Below are positions 25,490-37,035 of a stretch of DNA of 64,000 nt, in pieces (position 1 is the stretch's first letter; the number at the start of each line of letters is the position of its first letter). The translations under genes were made by a program, and so were the position numbers. Source of the stretch: Chiloscyllium plagiosum. Its lineage: Eukaryota. The notes under the pieces were generated by a model. The model worked only from the letters and a program-made list of their open reading frames with translations. It ran no database searches and had not been told where the DNA came from. The DNA lies in NCBI RefSeq assembly GCF_004010195.1, contig NC_057719.1:30413477-30477476 (forward strand), written 5' to 3'.

Positions 25490-25720
25490 AATGGAATTAA
25501 AAAGCTGGTCACCATAATCACGACCATGAAACTGACGTTTATAAAAATTCCTCTGGCCCACAAATGTCCTTTAGGGAAGGAAATGTGCCATCCTTACCTG
25601 TCTCACTAATATAATTGACTTCTAACTTCCCACTGAAATGGGCAAGCAAGCCACTCAGTTAAAGGGCAATTAGAAATAGGCATCAAACGCTGGCATTGCC
25701 AGTGAAGCCCATATCCCTCA
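25490..25720 (+). mobile_element. Deu-domain SINE (SacSINE1/AmnSINE1-like) fragment
   Basis: aatgtcctttagggaaggaaatgtgccatccttacctg resembles the recalled Deu domain. Tail aagggcaattagaaataggca. Confidence 0.65.
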
Positions 25721-26964
25721 ATGTCATTTTAAAAATTACTTTGCTACAAAACTAAGCAGCTTTCAGATTTTAGTTGATGTTTAGTCTGGTGACTCTTCAT
25801 CAGAACTCAGTTCTCAGTGAAGAGGAGTCAGGCTCAAAACAATAACTCTGCTTTTCTTTCCCCACTTTTGCTGCCAGACCTGTTGAGTTTTGCTAGCAAT
25901 TTCGGTTTATGTTTTAGATTTCCAAAGCCTACAGCTTTGTGATTTCACATTTTAGTTCACAACTTCCAGCTCAATTTTATCCTTGCTTGATCCATGTTGT
26001 GAAACTAAATCTAAAGAAAATTGTAAAATGACACGCACATAAGTTTTCAATGGCAAAGCATAGAATTGGGCTATTTAGGCATAGCATGGCATACTGGAGC
26101 AACTTGGGAAGCCAGAAATAAGACCTTGGCCTGACATTAGTGATCTGTGGCCGTAAAGACATTTACATAAAGACCATGTATTTTATTACTGTGCTTTTAC
26201 AATTGTGGACTGAAATGAACAACTGTTTTAAAAAATGTTTAAAGGATTGCTGTATGTTTTGAGAAGTTGACATTCATGGTAAACATCATTTAAACAGCTG
26301 CTTCAGAAAACAGTAATCAAAGATTAGCTTGCAGGTGAACTGAAGCCAAGGGGGTTCTGTACTCAGATGGAGCTCTGGTTGGCTAAACAAAATGTATTGG
26401 CCTATGGACTAGTGAATAAAATACAGAGAAGTGATCAGATCTCCACTAGCTCAGGCACTGTCTCTATTCTCTGCAATGAAAATGCACTTCAAACATGAAG
26501 GCAACAATTTTATCTTTCCTTCAGAAGTTCCTGGTAGTTGTGCCTTTTTAAATTGCTAAGTCAGAGACTTTTCATAAGTGAACCAGCACTCTGCGCCTCT
26601 TGCAGTGGAAAAAGAAAGGCTGATAACAAACCCTTTGATCAGCATGAACCAACTCAACAGATCTTGTGAACAAGAGGCTCCTAAACTGCCTTCCCAGTTT
26701 TCCTATCGTCAGTTTTTTTTTCCTATCTATTTGCAGGAGTGCTTGTAAGGGAGTTTATAAGGGTTTAGAGCTTTAATTTTTTTGTGTTATATGCAGATGG
26801 TTTATAACTATTTATCTGTAGCTAGAGTTTAATTATTGGTAATAAATAGCAAGTCCAGTTAAGTACAGAAACTTAGCCCATGCTTATCAACCGGAGTCTG
26901 AAAATCAGGTAAATTAAGGAATTTTGAATACTTATTTTAAAATGTTTGACTTCTTTTTTAAAAT

Positions 26965-27262
26965 TAATTCACGGGATGTGATGTTGCTAACATGGATTTA
27001 TTGCCCATACCCAACTGGCATTTAAAAGTCAACCACATTGCTATGGGTCTGGAGTCACATATAGGCCAGACCAGGCAAGGATGGCAGATCTCTTTCCCTA
27101 AGGGACATTAATGAACAAGGTTGGATTTTACGACAGTTGACAACAGTTTCATGGTCATCATTAGACTCTTAACTGCAGATTATTATTGAATTCACATTCC
27201 ACCATTGTCAAGGTCTCTGGATTAACATTTGAGCAACAATATCACTAGGTCATCGCCTCCCA
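26965..27262 (-). mobile_element. Deu-domain SINE fragment
   Basis: ctggagtcacatataggccagaccaggcaaggatggcagat...ttccctaagggacatta is the reverse complement of the Deu domain. Confidence 0.65.
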
Positions 27263-27708
27263 TAACTCTGGGAATAGCGAGGATTGATTTTCAGCATGCT
27301 ATCCTAGGGAGCGGTGACATTTAGGTGCCCATATACACAAATTACTAAAACTTTATGAACAGATACAAAAGCACAAAAAAAATGCTGGCCTTTATTTCAA
27401 ATGTCATAAAGACAAGAACGATCATAAATTCAATTTCTCATCCATACCAGATGACCATAGCTTGGAGCACGAAAGGTACATAAAAATTGGTCTCAATATG
27501 CAAGCTTAGGGAAAGGGAATTATCATAGTTCGAATTTCTGCTATAATTCACAAATGACATTCCTGATGAAATTTAACGTGTCAAGTCATCAAGTGAGAAC
27601 TACAAGCATTCAGGCACAAGTTACTGAAGATCATCCAGTTGGTTTGGTCCTTTAAATATATTGAGCTGAAAATGTGTTGCTGGAAAAGCGCAGCAGGTCA
27701 GGCAGCAT

Positions 27709-28573
27709 NNNNNNNNNNNNNNNNNNNNNNNNNNNNNNNNNNNNNNNNNNNNNNNNNNNNNNNNNNNNNNNNNNNNNNNNNNNNNNNNNNNNNNNNNNNN
27801 NNNNNNNNNNNNNNNNNNNNNNNNNNNNNNNNNNNNNNNNNNNNNNNNNNNNNNNNNNNNNNNNNNNNNNNNNNNNNNNNNNNNNNNNNNNNNNNNNNNN
27901 NNNNNNNNNNNNNNNNNNNNNNNNNNNNNNNNNNNNNNNNNNNNNNNNNNNNNNNNNNNNNNNNNNNNNNNNNNNNNNNNNNNNNNNNNNNNNNNNNNNN
28001 NNNNNNNNNNNNNNNNNNNNNNNNNNNNNNNNNNNNNNNNNNNNNNNNNNNNNNNNNNNNNNNNNNNNNNNNNNNNNNNNNNNNNNNNNNNNNNNNNNNN
28101 NNNNNNNNNNNNNNNNNNNNNNNNNNNNNNNNNNNNNNNNNNNNNNNNNNNNNNNNNNNNNNNNNNNNNNNNNNNNNNNNNNNNNNNNNNNNNNNNNNNN
28201 NNNNNNNNNNNNNNNNNNNNNNNNNNNNNNNNNNNNNNNNNNNNNNNNNNNNNNNNNNNNNNNNNNNNNNNNNNNNNNNNNNNNNNNNNNNNNNNNNNNN
28301 NNNNNNNNNNNNNNNNNNNNNNNNNNNNNNNNNNNNNNNNNNNNNNNNNNNNNNNNNNNNNNNNNNNNNNNNNNNNNNNNNNNNNNNNNNNNNNNNNNNN
28401 NNNNNNNNNNNNNNNNNNNNNNNNNNNNNNNNNNNNNNNNNNNNNNNNNNNNNNNNNNNNNNNNNNNNNNNNNNNNNNNNNNNNNNNNNNNNNNNNNNNN
28501 NNNNNNNNNNNNNNNNNNNNNNNNNNNNNNNNNNNNNNNNNNNNNNNNNNNNNNNNNNNNNNNNNNNNNNNNN
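27709..28573. other. Assembly gap (865 N)
   Basis: Run of n characters. Confidence 1.
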
Positions 28574-28582
28574 TCCTCATTC

Positions 28583-28610
28583 CTGAAGAAGGGCTTATGC
28601 CCGAAACGTC
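28583..28610 (+). ncRNA. Minimal type-I hammerhead ribozyme motif (intact core)
   Basis: CUGAAGA-A-GGGC-UUAU-GCCC-GAAA-C-GUC with a perfect stem II. Confidence 0.78.
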
Positions 28611-29449
28611 GATTCTCCTGTTCCCTGGATGCTGCCTGACCTGCTGCGCTTTTCCAGCAACACATTTTCAGCTCTGATCTCCAGCATCTGCAGACCTCAC
28701 TTTCTCCTTTAAATATATTGCCTAGTCATTTTATTTCTCCAACATTTATTTGCCTTAATGTAAATTGTTACGATTAGAGATCACAAAAATTTCAATTTAT
28801 GCCAAAGTCTAAACATTGATGATTTCTGGCTGTAAATAGGACAGTGGATGATTATTGAACAGAAAATAAAATTGCAAGACTTCTGGCAACAGAAGGGAGA
28901 GTGGGACTGTGAACTGTTCATGTAGAGAGCTAGAATAGAATAGAGCTAGAATAGGCTCCCTTCTATGTTGTAACCATTCAATGATTTGATAAAGTAAGGA
29001 AAATTGCAAATCCTCTAGATATAGATAACAAACTTTCACGATACAGAGGCAAGGCAAACAAAAAAAAATTACAATTTGGCTCATCCTTATTTGGGAGGAA
29101 AGAACTTGAAAATAAAGGAAAATGGGGAAAATAACCTCAGAATGAGAGAGAATGGTCACAGTACATGAGGCATTCAATCCATTAAATCTACGCCTAATAT
29201 AATCAATGCCACACTCTCCCACCTTCTTTGTTCTTCCTTTTCAGAAGATTCAATTCTTTATTCAATGCTTCAAATTGAACCTGCCTCCACCATTCCCAAT
29301 TTACAGGCATGATGCCACTGCAGGTTTTAATTATGTTGAATCTGCATTGTCTGGCTCTCGATCCTTACATCACTGGAATTTCTTTTTCCTATATATGCTC
29401 TCCAAACCCTTTATGAGACTGAATATTTCTTCCAAGTCTCCTCTCCAAA

Positions 29450-29850
29450 TGGACTCATTGGAATTTAGAAGAATGAAATGTGATCTTATTGAAATGTACA
29501 CGGTTCTTAGGGGGCTTGACAGGGTAGATGCTAAACGATTGCTTCTACTTGTGGGAGAGTCTAGGACCAGAGGGCATAATCTCAGAATAAGAGGTCACAC
29601 ATTTAAGACAGAGAAAAGGGAGAAATTCTTCTGAGGGTAGCAGATCTGTTGAGTTCTTTATTGCAGAGGGGTGTTGAGGCTGGGTCATTTTTGCTGAGAC
29701 AGACAGAGTTTTAATCAGTAAAGGAATCAAGGGTCATGGGGTAAAGGCAGGAAAGTGGAATTGATGGTGATCAGATCAGCTAAGAACTCAATGAATGACC
29801 GAGCAGATTTGATAGATTGAATAGCTTACTTCTGCTCTATGTCTTACGCA
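29450..29850 (+). mobile_element. CR1 LINE 3' fragment
   Basis: SLEFRRMKCDLIEMY...SRTRGHNLRIRG in ORF 29206..29634. Confidence 0.85.
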
Positions 29851-31039
29851 ATGTTTCTCTAAACTGTGTGGCATTGACTTCTGCGCACAAATCTTGGAGG
29901 CCCATGCTGCAGGAAGAAAATTAAGAGGGAATGCTGGTCTTATGGCTCCAACTTCTACAAATTATGTAATTTAACTTCCAAATCTCTGGAAACAACCTTG
30001 TGAATCTTTTGCTTATTTCCTACCATGCCTTCATCATTGCTACACTGTGGCACCCAGAACAGGACTTAACACTCAGTCAAAGCTATGCCAGAATTTATTT
30101 TTTATGTTTAGCACATCGTCCTTGTTTTCATCTTCTATGCTTTCGTAAATAAAACCTAGGATGCCATAGGATTACCATGAGATATAGGAGCAGAATTAGT
30201 TCATTTGGCCCATTCAAGTACTGGAAAACAAGCTCACTATTCCTGAAGTAATCACAAATGATTTAAGAATGTAAGATTCCCAATTTACCTGTCTTTTAGA
30301 CCCAGTTTGCTCGAAAACATGGATCAGTTTCTACACTTAGCAAGAATTATTATTTATTACAAATAAACACACAATCTCTAGGTTCTGGCAAGCATCTATG
30401 AACTGTCTGTGAACTAAAACTCCTACATAAACACAGACAGAATGAGAAATTAGTGCTATGGATCGAGAAGAAAACAGGTCAGTGGTTTTTGTTCACAGGA
30501 TTTGCTGAAAATATTCTTCAACTGATTAGAAATCTGCTTCTTGAACTTTCTTTTCCAGATGTTTTTACTGGTTTTCAGAAGGGACAGAGCCTGCTTCACT
30601 CTAAAAAAAAACAAGTGCTAACCTATGAATTAAAAAGGTCACAGCTTACGACAACTGGAGTAAAAAAAATATAGTTTTCCTTGAGGCTTAAAGTAGCTGT
30701 CACTGTAGAGAACAAAGACATCCTGAACTGAAGGCTTCGCTGTATTTTGCTGTCAGCCCAAAGCTTTTCAGCTACCTAAAAATCAACCCAATCTCACAGT
30801 TGACAATAGGCAAAAAGCCAGTGGCATCAGTAAGTGGTCAGTAGACCAGAGACCAAAAAGCTACTTTTTGCCAGCTAACATTTCGTTTGTACACAACCCT
30901 TCAGCTCCAGCTCTTCTACAAACTATACTTCAACTCCTGCTTGAACCAGCAGCTGTGTAAACTGTTTACAACAAATGTAAGATTACTTGCCTTCAAACCA
31001 TGCACCAATCCTTGATTTTAAGAGAGTTCTGTTCTCATT

Positions 31040-31260
31040 TCAAAAACATAAACATAAGTTGCTGGAAAAGCTCAGCAGGTCTGGCAGCATCTGAGAAGAG
31101 AAATCAGAGGTAGTGTTTTGGATCCTCCGAGGAAGAGTCACCGGATCCGAAACATTACCTCGGATTTCTCTTCATAGATGCTGCCAGATCTACTGAGCCT
31201 TTTGGGTAACTTCTGTGTCTGATTCACAGTATACACAGTTCTTCCAGTTTCTGTTCTTAT
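31040..31260. mobile_element. Old palindromic PLE-terminus element
   Basis: Arms gctcagcaggtctggcagcatctg / agatgctgccagatctactgagc. Degenerate hammerhead ccgagga...ccgaaac. Confidence 0.65.
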
Positions 31261-31774
31261 TTTAGTCCATGACAAAAAAAAAAGAAATAAAAATATTAAA
31301 AACTCTTTACAGTACATCACAGCAAAAGCATTACTCTCATCTATCTTTTTCTTCCCCACCAATAAACTCCATAAATTTAAACTTGATTTACCCTCAACAC
31401 GTCTGTGCTAGCGTTCCTAAATTAGTCAAGTAACTATTAATTTTCCCCCAAATTATTTCCAGAAGCTTCCTCATCACACAGGTTAAAATGACTGGCCTGA
31501 TGTTTCCATGTTATTCTTTACATCCTTTTTCTGAAAAATAACATTACATTTGCAGCTCTCTGGTCCTCTGGCAGAAATCTAGAGTCTAAAGAAGACAGCA
31601 AAGTTACGGCCAACGCCTCTGCAATTTCTATTCCTATTTCCGAGAATATACTTGCATGCATATCATCCAGTCCCACGGTGAATCACCAACCATTTTGCTT
31701 GCCAACCTTACATTCCAATTTACCATCTGGGCCACATCCATTCTCACCCCAATGAAATTACGTTTCCCCTAGTT

Positions 31775-31798
31775 AATCAATCAATCAATCAATCAATC
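31775..31798 (+). repeat. (AATC)6 microsatellite
   Basis: Six direct AATC units. Confidence 0.9.
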
Positions 31799-32080
31799 AG
31801 TCTTAATCTGAATTGGTCCTTGCCCTTTCTATAGCCAACCTGATCTGTATAAGACAATGATCACTGTTCTCTAAACGTTGCTTAACTGATACTTGACAAA
31901 ACAAAGCAAATGTTTCACAGAACTATTATCTTTGGATAACACAGATGAATCTTTAAACATAGGAGAAATACAAATTACAGTTAAGATTGTTATTTTATTC
32001 TTAACATCTTCATCTGTTTTATTTCAAAATAAAATACCAGAAATAGTACACATACTATTTAATAGATGAATTATACTTAC

Positions 32081-32163
32081 AAGTTGCAGTTTTTATTCAG
32101 ACTATAAAACTTGCGTCGTGCAACACACATTCGCCATACATATTTGGATGTTTCCATATCTTC
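32081..32163 (-). CDS. PTPN21: PTPN21 exon (~exon 10), end of FERM domain, 83 nt
   Basis: Encodes [28 protein letters not shown]. Acceptor ctacag, donor gtaagt. Confidence 0.95.
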
Positions 32164-33392
32164 CTGTAGAAATCAAATTGAAACCAATAACACCAGTTTC
32201 TACATTTGTATGATTTTAGCAGAGAAAATTATGGATATACAAGCAAAGAGACAGGTTCAAGTTTTCAGGTGTAACCATTTATCAGAACAGAAAACTAAAC
32301 ACTACCAACTATTTCAATTTGAAAGGTGAGGCAAGGAAGATGACCTGAATAACTTAAAAACTGATTTTCAGAATAATCTGCATATTCGACCAAAATAGAG
32401 GTTAGCCTGTAATGTTCCATAATTTACCTTTTAGTAAAAACTTACAGTACAGACTTTTCCCATCATTCAATTATATCATGGTTGATTTCTAACTCATCTC
32501 CATTTACTCACATTGTTAGTTGTTTCTTGGTAATACCCTGGTCCCATTTCTTCTCATGTTTTAGTTAAATATACAAACTAGGAGCAGCAATAGGTCATTC
32601 AGTTCTTCAAATCTGCTTTGAAATTCACGGGTGATCCTGCATCTCAATGCCTTATCCCTGCTTCTTCTCCATGCCCTTTGAGGCTTTTGAAATCTTTTTA
32701 AAATAAAACTTTGTTGAATATACTTAGTGACCACAGGTTTATTATCTTTTGACTGAAGTGATTCCTCATCTTAGTCATAAATGTACAATTCCATATCCTG
32801 AAACAATGATCCTGTGACCCATCATTAAAGTGCTTCTACATTTTTAAGCTAAGTGCCTTTTAAGCACTATATGCTTCATTGGTTAAAATACTATTGTAGA
32901 TGCCAAATCCCACAAATGCTCAATTTTGGGAATTTCCTGATTCAGATTAAAGATGCACTATTTAGGAAATGTTATAGAACAATGTTGTTCTTTTTTCATA
33001 GTTCAAATACTGAAATAAGATGCATTTATCTGACTAATACAACCTTAACTAAAATATTAATGTAAGCAAGCTGGAATTCAAATTGAAGATTCTTACAACT
33101 TCTGGGATTTTATTACTCTGAACTTAGTTTTGTCATGCACAGATTAAAAGATATTATCTTCTCGGACGCAATATTCTTATTTACTTAATTAATAGTTAAA
33201 GTCAAAATTGAAGGATATATTAAATACACTTTGCTTCTAAAGCCATAATTCAGCATGAGCTACTATTTTCAGGCAATATTACAAATTGATTTATTTTTCC
33301 TCAGATCAGTGCATTTCTTAATTCACTTTGTTTCAGTACAAAACATTAACATATGCATGAAGAACTGAATATATCCGTTTCAAAGCACTCAC

Positions 33393-33480
33393 AGTCTGGA
33401 ATTGAATGGTCTCCTCTTTGTTTGCCAGCTCTAATGCAAAGAAGGATTTGTTGTGAGATAAGTTAGCTATGTCATTCCAT
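33393..33480 (-). CDS. PTPN21: PTPN21 exon (~exon 9), 88 nt
   Basis: Encodes [29 protein letters not shown] (in ORF 33333..33533). Acceptor ttttag, donor gtgagt. Confidence 0.96.
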
Positions 33481-35309
33481 CTAAAAAGAAAAAGATAACA
33501 TTTTTTAGAAGTCAACTGAAAGACTTTAAACAATTTTTTGCTACATCAGTAGCAATTCTGCATGTTTATTAGCATGGAAATTAATCACATCACACAGCAT
33601 TAATTCAGCGTCACATGATTTAGTCATCTCAGCTGCTTAACAGGAAACATTGGAGTGTAGAAGACAGAAAAGTACTTCCAGGTAAAATTATTCAACTTTT
33701 TATTTTAATATTTTTAAAGCAGCCATTCTTGTGTTTCCTCATGATTGAGTTTAGTTGCTTGCACAGTTAATGTCAATGATATGTTTTATCTACTAAACAA
33801 ACAGAACATATTAATTCAAGCTAGCAAACTAAAAAAAAGGAACAATTTTTGTTTTGTGTTTAATGACAAATAGGTAACGTGAGATTGCCCATTTTAGATC
33901 TGTTATGGAGCGGAGGGCAACCTCCCACTGATGACTAAACCCAATACCCCCAGGGAGGCTCGCCTCACCTCATAATCTGTTATAAGAAGTGTGACAAGTG
34001 GTACAACCTACCTCCTACCGCAATCTGTTATTAGGGAATGTTAAATGAAAAATTCCTTTCACTCACTCCATGATCAACCAGTAACAGTTTATTAAATGCC
34101 AACAGTGAACAAATTAACAAAACCACTAACAAACTGAACAATTCCCCTCTAACTACCCAAATAAAACACAATTCTAATGGGATGCTGTTTCAATAAATAC
34201 AAGTCCAACTTGTATAATAAAACAATAGAATTTAGTCTCTTGAAATTACAGCTAGGATATGTCTGCCAGAATGCTACTCGCCCTCTCTGCTGATCTTCTT
34301 TCAGGAACGTGTTTCTGCTTCAAATTCTTACGTCAAGAAATACTTTCTCCATCGAATACTTGTGTCAGGAATGTTTTCTGTGAATTCTGCTGTCTGGAAT
34401 ATTAGCTAGGAGTGCAACGGAACTTTTATTAATATTACATGGTGCTTTCTCAGAGTTGAATGTTTTTATTTCTTTGCAGATGGCTCTCACCAATTTTCTA
34501 ATGCCCTCATCTTTTATACCTTTGATGACCTATTAATTTCTTACAATAGGACTGGCTCTAGGTAGTCAAAACCATCAGATTTAAATTGGTTTTTGATATC
34601 GAAGGGCTTGATTCAAATTGATTGACTAAATTCAAACTTGCCTTGATAATAAAACAAAACTGCTGTTTTACCTGCTAATTGCGCAGCTTTTTGATACAAA
34701 TGTTTCAATTCAAATGCTTTCTGTACTGGCAAACTGCTGCCCACTGCCACTCATTTCAAACCACTAAGTATAAGGGGAAAAAAACCCAATATTTTAAAGG
34801 TGCCATGCACTCTTTCCCCCCCATCGTTGTACAAATGTCAAATTCTAACATCTGGTCTTCCAATCCACAAAAACTTTACCAACTTCGCAACAATCTGAGA
34901 AACCAATTTCTTTCACTTAATATTGAGACACAAGGTGATGAGTGTAAAGGATTTAAGTATCTATATGTACAAATCACAAAATGTTTGTGTCCCGGTACAA
35001 AAATCATCAAATTGACAGTGCTGGCCTTTACTTCAAAAAAGTTGGAATTCAAAAGATAAGGAAATGATGCTTCAGTGGCACATAGCCTTGGTCAGACTCC
35101 CATCTGGACTACCTTCAGTTTTGGGCACTGAGCTTTGAGAAAGATGCATTGACCATACAGTTAGTACAGGACAGATTTACTAGGATCAATGATACTGCAG
35201 ATTAAATAGTTAAATCATCAGCACAGCTGAATGAACTCGATTTGTACTCCATTCAGAGGGATGATCTAATCCATAGGTTTAAAATCATGAATGAACTCAA
35301 TAGTCATAG

Positions 35310-35610
35310 AATAGACAAGAATCGCTAACAGTATGGAAAGACGCCATTTCATCCTCACCAATTCTCTGAGGAGCATCCCACCCAGACCCAAATGCCCATC
35401 CTATTCCCCAATGACCATTTAACATGGCTAAGCCACTTATCCTGCATACTATGGGGCAATTTAGCATAGCCAATTCACCTGACCTGCACATCTTTAGAAT
35501 GTAGGAAGAAACCGGAGCATCCTGCAGAAACCCATGCAAACTCCACGCAGCCAGCACCCAAGGCTAGAATCCAGGTCCCTGGTGCTGAGAAGCAGTAGTG
35601 CTAACCACAG
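35310..35610 (-). mobile_element. HE1-type SINE
   Basis: Reverse complement of the element at 12097-12408. Confidence 0.82.
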
Positions 35611-36804
35611 AGAAATTATTTCTCCTAGTGGGGAGCATTAGCTTTTAATGCAGTCTGGCTAATTAAGAATGAAAAAGGTAGCAAATACTTGAAAAATTTC
35701 CCAAATTGTTGAGTTTGCTTAGTTTATATAAATTCAGACAATGGATCAAGGAGCTTTTAGCATTTTGAAAGGTATTAAGCTGGCAGATAAAATAAAAAAA
35801 AGAGATGTTTTTCCTGGTGTAGGAGTGCAGGATAAAGGGACACAACTTTAAAATCTGAGACATGTAACTAAGTAGAGAATTTGAAAACATATTCACACAA
35901 AGGGAACTAGAACCATAAAATTCTTTTCCATACAAACAGTGCTATTTTAACCCGAATAATCTTAAACATGAAAACTTTGAGGTAGAAAGAGCTAAGGTCC
36001 GGATTAGCTAGATCTATACAGAACAGCTGCAATATCAGATCTGTGGCAAACTGAATCATGGGAGAAAACCAACTTGAAACCATTCTCATTAAATCTACCT
36101 GCTGCAGATGCATCTGGAAACAAAGTCCCATCATCTTACCACCTTGGTAACTTGAATGGATTCAGAACACACCTGACAATTTGAAATTGGGCCCCATACA
36201 AAGTACTGTGGGCTATCAACAGACTGATTCCCATTGCAATCAGTAAGCTTAAGGCCCAATAGATTTCTCACTCTCATTGCCATCAAGCTAGGGAATCAAC
36301 CGGAGTCAACACAACAGTATAGAAGAGCATACTAAAAGCAACACCTGGGACAGCTGGAAGCAAGATGCAAACCTTCAACCAATTAATCGGATAAAGCAGT
36401 GCAAACATATCATATCCATTCAAGATGGTGGTAGATAATGAACCAATTAATGAGAAGGGTTCAGAAACATCCCATATTTAGTGAAGCTAGAGTCTCACTT
36501 GCCATTTAAAAATACCAGTCTGCAGCTTGCAACAATTTTCTGCCAAGAGCTTCAAAAGAATTATCCATCACAGCCTCCCTTTGAAGGTCTCTCTACAATA
36601 GATGCCAAGAAATGGTGAGCAACTGGATATAGGCAAAGTCTGTAGAGCTTGGCAACATTCTGACTGAAAATATGCAGTCCAAACATAGTTGCACTCAGAA
36701 CTAATCTATTCTACATCAGTGATATCTACCTGGCAAAGTGAAAATGTTGTTCAGGTAGGTTATGTTTATAAATCTACAGCAGCAAACAATATTGCCTTGA
36801 TCAG

Positions 36805-37035
36805 AGAGTCATAGCGATGTACAGCGTGGAAACAGACCCTTCAGTTCAACTTACCCATCCCAACCAGATATCCTAAATTAATCTAGTCCTATTTGCCAAC
36901 ACTTGGCCCTTATCCCTCTAAACCCTTCCTATTCGTATATCCATCCAGATACTTTTTAAATGTTGTAAATGTACCAGCTCCCATCACTTCCTCTGACAGC
37001 TCATTCCATACACACACCACCCTCTGCGTGAAAAA
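36805..37035 (-). mobile_element. Young CR1 3' end
   Basis: ORF 36910..37116 (FFTQRVVCVWNEL). Starts agagtcatag. Confidence 0.88.

Larger units (their letters stand above)
27664..28707. mobile_element. PLE insertion with inverted termini spanning the assembly gap
   Basis: Left arm agctgaaaatgtgttgctggaaaagcgcagc..., with its reverse complement on the right. TSD tcctttaaatatattg at 27648-27663 and 28705-28720. Confidence 0.85.

Noticed and set aside
27621..28665. Four long (315-337 aa) ORFs in the ORF track
   Set aside because: They are translations of the N gap, not coding sequence.
33901..34820. Possible LTR-like element starting TGTTA (and a similar stretch at ~26147-27319)
   Set aside because: I could not establish matching termini, TSDs or a second copy from the sequence alone.
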